Assembly (NCBI GenBank): GCA_000388065.2
Contig: KB932212.1
Direction: 5' to 3' (one strand)
Length of the DNA: 15,812 bases
Source: Fonticula alba ATCC 38817
Taxonomy: Eukaryota; Protista; Nucleariida
The notes beneath the pieces were generated by a model. That model had not been told where the DNA came from. It did no database searches and saw only the letters and a list, made by a program, of their open reading frames with translations. Positions 7,299 through 14,722 of the stretch are shown one piece after another. How positions within the stretch are numbered: the stretch's first letter is position 1; each line of letters starts with the position of its first letter. Both the position numbers and the translations under genes were made by a program.

Positions 7299-10200
7299 AT
7301 GGCTTCCAACAATTCTCTCCGCGACCAGACGGTCAGCACCGACCTCGAGGTCCGCCAGCAGGAGTTCGCTAAGAAGAAGTGGACCTGGCTCATCGACAAG
7401 AACGAGGGCGCCCTCGCGGTCCACATCATCAAGGACCACGGCGGCGGCAAGATCACCGTCCAGGCCAACGACGGCAAGGTATGTCCCCGAGGCCTTCCCC
7501 CCCCCCCCCCCCCCCCCCCCCGCCCCTCCCACGCAGAAAGGACACCCACTCACACGCATCTGCCCCGCGCCCACCCCCCCCCACCATCACAGGAGTACGA
7601 GGTCTCCCAGGACGACCTGGAGCCCATGAACCCGCCGAAGTACGACAAGTCCGAGGACATGGCCACCCTGCTCCACCTGAACGAGTCTTCGGTGCTGCAC
7701 AACCTCCGCGACCGCTACATGTCGGACCTGATCTACACCTACTCCGGTCTTTTCCTGGTGGTGATCAACCCCTGGCGCAACCTGCCCATCTACTCGGATG
7801 AGATCATCCAGCTGTACAAGGGCAAGAAGCGCAAGGAGATGCCCCCCCACATCTTCGCCGTCTGTGACGAGGCCTACCGCGACATGCTCGGCAACAAGGA
7901 GAACCAGTCCCTCCTGATTACCGGCGAGTCCGGTGCCGGTAAGACCGAGAACACCAAGAAGGTCATCCAGTACCTGGCCTCCGTGGCCGGCACCTCGGGC
8001 ACCAACCAGAGCCAGCTGGAGAAGCAGATCATCCTGACCAACCCGCTGCTCGAGGCCTTCGGTAACGCCAAGACCATCCGCAACAACAACTCCTCGCGCT
8101 TCGGCAAGTTCATCCGCATCGAGTTCGGCTCCGATGGCAAGATTGTCGGTTGCAACATCGACAACTACCTGCTGGAGAAGAACCGTGTCATCACCCACGC
8201 CAAGGCCGAGCGCTCTTTCCACATCTTCTACCAGCTCATCGCCGGTGCCACCGCCGAGCAGAAGAAGGACCTCCTGCTGGAGGGCGTCCGCGCCTACCGC
8301 TACCTGGAGGGCGAGGCCAACATCGACAATGTCGACGATGCCAAGGAGTTCCGCGACACCCTGGACGCCATGCGCATCATCGGCTTCTCCGAGGAGGAGC
8401 AGACCTCCATCTGGCAGATTCTGTCCGGTCTGCTGCAGTTCGGCAACCTGGAGTTCGTCGGGTCTCGTCGTGATGAGACCGCCTCCTTCAAGGATGCCGC
8501 CACGGCCGACCGCGTGTCGCACCTGCTCGGCATCAAGTCCGCCGACTTCCAGCGCTGCCTGCTGAAGCCCCGTGTCAAGGCCGGCCGCGAGTGGGTCACC
8601 CAGATGGTGACCACCGACCGCGCCGGGCACAACTCCAATGCCCTGGTCAAGGCCGTCTACGAGCGCCTCTTCAAGTGGATCATCTCCAAGATCAACTCCA
8701 CCCTGGAGACCCACGGCCGTGCGCAGACCTTCATCGGCTGCCTGGATATCGCCGGTTTCGAGATCTTCGACCACAACAGCTTCGAGCAGCTCTGCATCAA
8801 CCTGACCAACGAGAAGCTCCAGCAGTTCTTCAACCACCACATGTTCGTCCTCGAGCAGGAGGAGTACATGCGCGAGGGCATCGAGTGGAAGTTCGTCGAC
8901 TTCGGCCTGGATCTCCAGCCGACCATCGATCTCATCGAGAAGCCGCTCGGTATCCTGTCCATCCTGGACGAGGAGTGCCTGCTGCCCCGGTCCACCGACA
9001 AGACCTTCATCGAGAAGTGCCACATGCAGCATGAGAACAAGCACGACAAGTACCACAAGCCGCGTCTCAACCCGGACATGTTCATCCTGGACCACTATGC
9101 CGGCTCGGTGTCCTACAACACCGCCGAGTGGATCGAGAAGAACAAGGACCCGATCAACGACAATGTGGCCTCCCTGTTCGCCAAGTCCACCAACCCCCTG
9201 CTGGCCACCATCTTCGAGGACTTCCAGGTCAATGATGATGGCACCCTGGTCACCGACCGCAAGGGCAAGGCCAGCAGCTTCATCACCGTGTCCCAGCGCC
9301 ACAAGCAGTCGCTCAATGCCCTGATCAGCACCCTGCGTGCCACTCAGCCGCACTTCGTTCGTTGCATCATCCCCAACGAGTCCAAGAAGCCCGGCATGAT
9401 TGATGCTCCGCTGGTGCTGGATCAGCTCCGGTGCAATGGTGTCCTGGAGGGTATCCGCATTGTGCGCCTCGGTTTCCCCAACCGCATTCCCTTCGCCGAG
9501 TTCAAGCAGCGCTACGAGCTCCTGGCCCCGGGCATCATCCCCAAGGGCTTCATGGATGGCCGTGTCATTGCGCAGAAGCTCCTGGACGCCCTCAAGATCG
9601 AGAAGGAGTTCTACCGCATCGGTCAGTCCAAGGTCTTCTTCAAGGCCGGCACTGTGGCCGAGCTGGAGGAGCGCCGTGATGCCCGCCTGAGCGAGCTGAT
9701 TTCCGGCTTCCAGGCCGCCGCTCGTGGTGCCCTGGCTCGTCGTGCCTTCCGTCGTCAGCACGGCAAGGAGGAGGCCATCCAGCTGATCCAGAAGAATGCC
9801 CGTGTCTTCATCGATCTCTACCAGTGGAGCTGGTGGAAGCTGTACCGCAGCATCAAGCCGCTGCTTGGTGTCCACCGCCAGGACCAGCAGGAGAAGGCCC
9901 TGAAGGATCGCATTGCCGAGCTGGAGGCCCAGCTGGAGCGCGAGGCCGCCGCCGCCCGCGAGGCCGCTGCCCGTGCCTCGGAGCTGGAGAAGGACAACCG
10001 CGAGCTGGAGACCGATCTGGACACCGCTCGCAATGCCCACGCCGAGGCTGTTGCTTCCTACAAGAACAGCGAGGAGCGCCGCCAGAAGCTGGCCACCATT
10101 GTCTCGGACATGGAGGCCCAGGCCGACGAGTACGAGCAGGAGATCGACACCCTGGCCGAGTCCAACCGCAAGGCCCAGGCCGACATCAAGTCCCTCAAGG

Positions 10201-11087
10201 CCCAGCTGGACGACGATTCCAAGGCCCGCGCCGCCGTCGAGGAGGCCAAGGCCCAGTCCCAGCGCGAGCTGGAGCTGCTCAAGTCCCAGCACGATTTGGA
10301 CTCTCGTCGCCAGGCCGAGGAGGCCGAGGCCGAGCGTGCCAAGCAGGCTAAGGCCCTGGCCGAGGCCGCCGCCAAGGCCGAGGCCCTGTCGGCTCAGCTT
10401 GAGCGTGCCAAGAAGGACGCCAAGAGCGCCTCCGCCGAGAAGGACTCCCTCCAGGCCGAGCTGGACGCCCTGCAGGCTCAGCTCCGCGAGGCCGACAAGG
10501 CCAAGCGCCAGCTCGAGTCGGAGCTGCGCGATGCCCAGACCGAGACCCGCCAGGTTACCTCGCGTCTGGAGGCCGCCGAGGCTGCCAAGGCCGAGGCCGA
10601 GGCCCGCGGCAAGAAGCTCAACGACCAGATCGAGGAGGCTCTCACCTCTCGCGCCGTGTCCGCCCAGCAGGTGGAGAATGCCCAGGCCGAGATCGAGGAC
10701 CTGCGCAACGAGCTGGCCGAGGCCAACAAGGCCAAGGCCACCGCCGAGCAGGCCCTCAAGTCCGCCGAGGCCAAGATCGACCAGGCCGACGACCAGCTCC
10801 ACGAGGAGGTCAGCAAGCGCAAGGACCTCGACGTGCAGATTGTCGCCCTGCAGGCCGAGAACGCCTCGCTGGCCGACAAGCTGGCCAAGGCCAACGACGC
10901 CGCCGACAACTCCCTCATGGACGCCCTGCGTGCCGAGCGCGCCAAGGTCGCCGCCCTGGAGGAGAAGAACAAGAGCGACTCCTCTCGCCGCCTGGCCGCC
11001 GAGGAGAAGAACAACCAGCTTCTCGAGAAGAACTCCTCTCTCGAGGCCAAGATCCGCTCCATGCGCGAGCTGTTCGCCGGCAACTAA
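7299..11087 (+). CDS. Myosin II (class II) heavy chain, join(7299-7478,7593-11087), 1224 aa, short coiled-coil tail
   Basis: CCACCATGG start. SH3-like N-terminus (EFAKKKWTW, MNPPKYDKSEDMA). P-loop GESGAGKTENTK (from 7923), switch I NNNSSRFGKF, switch II DIAGFEIF, PHFVRCIIPN, QLRCNGVLEGIR. Two light-chain-binding motifs ending in the class II WSWWKLY hook, then the invariant Pro (IKPLL, 9858) and a proline-free coiled coil to TAA (11085-11087). Strong C/G3 codon bias throughout. Confidence 0.97.
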   Translation: MASNNSLRDQTVSTDLEVRQQEFAKKKWTWLIDKNEGALAVHIIKDHGGGKITVQANDGKVCPRGLPPPPPPPPRPSHAERTPTHTHLPRAHPPPPSQEYEVSQDDLEPMNPPKYDKSEDMATLLHLNESSVLHNLRDRYMSDLIYTYSGLFLVVINPWRNLPIYSDEIIQLYKGKKRKEMPPHIFAVCDEAYRDMLGNKENQSLLITGESGAGKTENTKKVIQYLASVAGTSGTNQSQLEKQIILTNPLLEAFGNAKTIRNNNSSRFGKFIRIEFGSDGKIVGCNIDNYLLEKNRVITHAKAERSFHIFYQLIAGATAEQKKDLLLEGVRAYRYLEGEANIDNVDDAKEFRDTLDAMRIIGFSEEEQTSIWQILSGLLQFGNLEFVGSRRDETASFKDAATADRVSHLLGIKSADFQRCLLKPRVKAGREWVTQMVTTDRAGHNSNALVKAVYERLFKWIISKINSTLETHGRAQTFIGCLDIAGFEIFDHNSFEQLCINLTNEKLQQFFNHHMFVLEQEEYMREGIEWKFVDFGLDLQPTIDLIEKPLGILSILDEECLLPRSTDKTFIEKCHMQHENKHDKYHKPRLNPDMFILDHYAGSVSYNTAEWIEKNKDPINDNVASLFAKSTNPLLATIFEDFQVNDDGTLVTDRKGKASSFITVSQRHKQSLNALISTLRATQPHFVRCIIPNESKKPGMIDAPLVLDQLRCNGVLEGIRIVRLGFPNRIPFAEFKQRYELLAPGIIPKGFMDGRVIAQKLLDALKIEKEFYRIGQSKVFFKAGTVAELEERRDARLSELISGFQAAARGALARRAFRRQHGKEEAIQLIQKNARVFIDLYQWSWWKLYRSIKPLLGVHRQDQQEKALKDRIAELEAQLEREAAAAREAAARASELEKDNRELETDLDTARNAHAEAVASYKNSEERRQKLATIVSDMEAQADEYEQEIDTLAESNRKAQADIKSLKAQLDDDSKARAAVEEAKAQSQRELELLKSQHDLDSRRQAEEAEAERAKQAKALAEAAAKAEALSAQLERAKKDAKSASAEKDSLQAELDALQAQLREADKAKRQLESELRDAQTETRQVTSRLEAAEAAKAEAEARGKKLNDQIEEALTSRAVSAQQVENAQAEIEDLRNELAEANKAKATAEQALKSAEAKIDQADDQLHEEVSKRKDLDVQIVALQAENASLADKLAKANDAADNSLMDALRAERAKVAALEEKNKSDSSRRLAAEEKNNQLLEKNSSLEAKIRSMRELFAGN
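7479..7592 (+). other. Intron in the myosin CDS (114 nt, phase 0)
   Basis: GTATGT donor, poly-C tract, ACTCAC branch-like site (7548-7553), CAG acceptor. Removing it restores a contiguous SH3-like domain (..ANDGK|EYEV..). Confidence 0.9.
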
Positions 11088-11444
11088 GCGGCGCGCCCCC
11101 TTGTCTTTGTTCTGGCCCCACTCCTCCTCCTCCTTCTGGAAGAGGGTCCGGGGGGGGGGGATCCGTCCACACCACCTGCGTCTTCCTTCCCCCCGCGCGC
11201 GCGCGCGCGCCATATCACGGTGAATCAGTTTCGCCAGGATATATATGCGCATGCCTGCTGTGTGGGGGAATGGCGCGCACTGGTGCGCGGCATCCCCCCC
11301 CCCCGTCTCCTCCCCCTCAGCCGGGGTGTGTGCATATTCAATACACATTCATCCTCCCTCTTTCTTCTGCCTTTTTGTTTTGTGCTCTGTCGTGCTTCTT
11401 TCCTTTGCGCGTGTGTGGGTGGGTGGCTGTGCTGGGATTCCGCC

Positions 11445-11450
<6 letters not shown>

Positions 11451-11480
<30 letters not shown>

Positions 11481-11489
11481 CACACACAC
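11451..11489 (+). repeat. Compound (CT)n-(CA)n microsatellite between convergent 3' ends
   Basis: (CT)13 at 11451-11476 followed by a CA run to 11489. Confidence 0.9.
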
Positions 11490-11650
11490 GTACATATATA
11501 TGTATACACATACGCACACACAGCCAAACGAACGGGACTCCTTTCGGCCGGCGCCCCACACCAGCCGCCAGCTTCCACGAGCAGGACCCTATCCTCCGCC
11601 GTTGCTCTCGTGTCCTCCCAGTTGCTCCTACTGCCACCATGTACCACACA

Positions 11651-11700
11651 CACGCATACACACGCATACACACGCATACACACGCATACACACGCATACA
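11651..11700 (+). repeat. 10-bp tandem repeat (CACGCATACA)x5
   Basis: Five exact adjacent copies without spacers, embedded in CA-rich sequence. Confidence 0.93.
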
Positions 11701-11803
11701 CAGAGACACACACACACACACACACATCCATGGCCCTTCCCTTGTCAGAGAGTTGCTGTATTCCGGCGCCTTACATATACAGGAGTGCGCACGCCCGGCC
11801 GCC

Positions 11804-12442
11804 CTAGACCACGGCCAGGGACTCGAGCGACCGGCGCACCGAGTCGATGACAGACGACACGGCCGCCATCTCCAGCGAGGTGACCCTCTCCTCGGAGTCG
11901 CCCGGCTGCGGGTCATACTGGCTCAGGATGTCCCCCAGGTTGAGGCTGACCAGCAGGCGGGACAGGGCCGGCGGCGAGACGGCCGAGTGCCGGGCCGCCA
12001 GGCTGTCGGCCACATACTGCGCGGCCTGCCGGGCCACCAGCTGAGTCAGCTCATCGTACGTCATGGTCAGGGTGGCGGCCTGGTCGCGGCCCGCCCCGGG
12101 CCCCAGGAACCCCGGGTGCCCCCGGCGCCCGAGAAGCAGCAGCACATCGTACGTGCCGGAGGCCGCCATGGGGTCGTCCTGCTGGGCGTCCGCGCCGGCC
12201 GGCCGGACGGCATCGAGCGGGCCACGGTGCCGAGAGGCGCCGGCCCCGGCGTCGCCGGTGCGCGACACCAGCAGGACCACCTGCGGCGGGGCTCCGCCGG
12301 TCGACCCCCGGGGGCCGATGTTCAGCAGGCACCGGTCGCGCAGGCAGGTGAGCGTCGCCTGCAGCCGCAGCGTGTCCGCCGGATCGACGGCCGTCTGGAA
12401 GACGATGGCCGGGTGGGGCGGCGTGGCCGCGGTGAGGCTCAT
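11804..12442 (-). CDS. PSMG3: Probable proteasome assembly chaperone 3 (PAC3/PSMG3-like), 212 aa, apparently intronless
   Basis: From ATG 12442 to TAG 11804. Ordered blocks LQATLTCLRDRCLLNIG / TYDVLLLLGRR / DELTQLVARQAAQYVA / SRLLVSLNLGD resemble, from memory, PAC3 blocks such as 'VVCTAFSSHILVV / FNVSVIFGKR / DEPMLVACARQLIEHI / RPLVLSLGLKD'. The upstream 29 codons of the tracked ORF are microsatellite-derived. No HMM search was run. Confidence 0.62.
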   Translation of the reverse strand: MSLTAATPPHPAIVFQTAVDPADTLRLQATLTCLRDRCLLNIGPRGSTGGAPPQVVLLVSRTGDAGAGASRHRGPLDAVRPAGADAQQDDPMAASGTYDVLLLLGRRGHPGFLGPGAGRDQAATLTMTYDELTQLVARQAAQYVADSLAARHSAVSPPALSRLLVSLNLGDILSQYDPQPGDSEERVTSLEMAAVSSVIDSVRRSLESLAVV

Positions 12443-12454
12443 CGTGCCGTCAGA

Positions 12455-12512
12455 TGGTGGTGGTGGTGGTGGTGGTGGTGGTAGTAGTAGTAGGGGGGGG
12501 GGGGGGGGGGGG
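12455..12512 (+). repeat. (TGG)9-(TAG)4-G20 compound repeat in the leader of the PAC3-like gene
   Basis: Read directly from the sequence. On the minus (sense) strand it reads C20-(CTA)4-(CCA)9, ending 12 nt before the ATG. Confidence 0.88.
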
Positions 12513-13575
12513 ATGTCGGGCGGCGGCACTCCGCGGGGCAGAGACGAGCGCAGGTGCGGGGAAGAGGCGGAAAAGGGGAGGAGGCACAGGAGGAGAGGCA
12601 GGTGGGCGCGTGCTTTTGTCCCCCCCCCTCCTCACCGTCCCGAAGGGGGGAGCCGCTGCCCCTTGTGACGGCGGGCCCGCCTTCTCCCGGCCAGCGCGCG
12701 AGGGGACGCAGATCGAGAGCCGGACATTCCGCTCGTGGTGTCACGCACACGGGCGTGATCTCGGGCGAGAGGGGCACGTGCCGCGCCCTTGGCAGGGTCC
12801 CCGAGGAGGGGACAGGCGCCACCGTCGGAGGGGGGGGAGAGGGGGCAACAGCAGTACACAACCCTGCCACTCGCCGGTTCCTGGACCGGCGCGGGGCGCC
12901 GCGCACACGTCGACTCTGCTCAACGGGGCGCGGTCCGGGGACGCGCCTGCCCCCCCCCCCCCGGGCCCCGGCGACAAGCCAGAAGGCGCGCGCGCCGATT
13001 TCGTCTGGTGCGTCGTGCGCCAGGGGCCGGCTTCTGTGCGGAACAGCGCCCGCGGCCGGGAGAGGGGAGGGCGGGCAGGAGCGCGAGACGCCGGCCTGCG
13101 CGCGCCCGCGAGCCCCCCCCGCCCCGCGCCCCCCGTCGAGAGGGGAACATTCGAGACTCGTCCGGCCGGACGAGTCCCGGGCCGCGGCGGGGGGGGGGGG
13201 CCGGCGCCAAGGAGCCGGAAAAGGAAGCGAATGCGCACGCTTCGGGGGGGACGAGGAGGACAGGCATTCTCTTACAAGGATGATGGCCGGGCCGGGGGGG
13301 GGGGGGGCATTTTGCGCGGGCGTCCGGGGCGGGCACGCGCCGGCGCGCCGGCCAAGGCCCTAGGCCGCGTCCACGGCGCGCGCAGCCCGCCAGGCGCAAG
13401 GGTGTCCCCTCCCCCGCCCCCCCCTGGGCCCTGTGGTTGCATTTTGCGCGGGGCCCCTGCCGGCCAGGCTGTGCGTGCCTGCGCCGGGCTGCCGCCCGCG
13501 CCAGGAGCATGGGGGCCCGCGCGGCCGGGCCTGGTTGCGGAGCGCTGTGGGCACCCTGCTGGCCGGTGCCAACGC

Positions 13576-13629
13576 GTGTGTGTGTGTGTGTGTGTGCGTG
13601 TGTGTGCCGCCCCCCCCCCCCCCCCCCCC
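13576..13629 (+). repeat. (GT)n microsatellite followed by a C homopolymer
   Basis: GT run at about 13576-13606 with one interruption, then about 20 C. Confidence 0.85.
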
Positions 13630-14363
13630 GGCCGGCCGGGGCCTGGCCGGGCTGCGAGCGGGACTATTTTTATTCCTATATGTCTCGGTCTGTGCTCCGC
13701 ACGCATGAGACTCGTCTGCCTGCGGCCGCCCGGAGCCCCGCAGATGGCATGTGCGGCGCGTCCGCCCTATTCCAGGTGGGCATCGGGGCGCGGGATGGAC
13801 GAAAAAGCAAAATCAGCTGCTCGCGCCGGGGCCCCGGCAAGGTTGGACCGCCAGCGCGGCCTCCGGCGGCATGCCCGGCTACGTGGTCTGCCCGCGTTGC
13901 CGGCCGTCGTGGCTGGCGGCCCGGGCCTGGTGTGGGTGTCTCTGTTGGGCGCGCGCACGTGCGGCCCCCCCGCGCGGCGCCCCTCCCGAGCCGCGGGCCG
14001 GGAGGGTGCTTCCGGCGCCAGGGGCCCCGACGCGGCCGGCGGTGGAAGAACGTGCGAAAGCCCGACCATGTCTGGTGTGCCTGCAACCCGGGATTTCCGG
14101 CCAAAATTGATTATGCAATCCCCTGCTCGGGCTGGGCCCCCGGCACCCTGCCTTGCGCCGGCGGGCGCCCCCCCCCGGCGCCGGCGAGCGCCGGCCGACA
14201 AGCGCGACCGGGGGCGGGGGAGGGGGGGCGCGAGGCCGGGAAAACACGGGCAGGGTGTTGGGCGGGCGTCGGGCCGGCCCGGCGATCGAGCGGCGTCGCC
14301 AGCCCTGGCCCCCTTCCCGGGTTTCCATGGTGCGGGTGCGGCGCGTTGCCCGCCCCCCCCCCC

Positions 14364-14722
14364 NNNNNNNNNNNNNNNNNNNNNNNNNNNNNNNNNNNNN
14401 NNNNNNNNNNNNNNNNNNNNNNNNNNNNNNNNNNNNNNNNNNNNNNNNNNNNNNNNNNNNNNNNNNNNNNNNNNNNNNNNNNNNNNNNNNNNNNNNNNNN
14501 NNNNNNNNNNNNNNNNNNNNNNNNNNNNNNNNNNNNNNNNNNNNNNNNNNNNNNNNNNNNNNNNNNNNNNNNNNNNNNNNNNNNNNNNNNNNNNNNNNNN
14601 NNNNNNNNNNNNNNNNNNNNNNNNNNNNNNNNNNNNNNNNNNNNNNNNNNNNNNNNNNNNNNNNNNNNNNNNNNNNNNNNNNNNNNNNNNNNNNNNNNNN
14701 NNNNNNNNNNNNNNNNNNNNNN
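14364..14722. other. Assembly gap (359 N)
   Basis: Run of N preceded by a C homopolymer. Confidence 0.99.

Noticed and set aside
7587-11348. 1253-aa minus-strand ORF antisense to myosin
   Set aside because: Shadow of the sense gene's strong C/G3 codon bias. It spans the myosin exon in register and has no recognisable domain.
11651-11700. Possible CRISPR-like array
   Set aside because: 10-bp units are directly adjacent with no spacers, in a eukaryotic context. It is a simple tandem repeat.
614-12442. eIF3e, myosin II and PAC3 as a functional cluster
   Set aside because: eIF3e/Int6 has known proteasome links in fission yeast, but adjacency of housekeeping genes in mixed orientation is expected by chance. 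Synteny data would be needed.
12443-12529. 29-aa poly-Pro/Leu N-terminal extension of the PAC3-like ORF
   Set aside because: Translation of the C20-(CTA)4-(CCA)9 repeat. PAC3 similarity starts only after the ATG at 12442.
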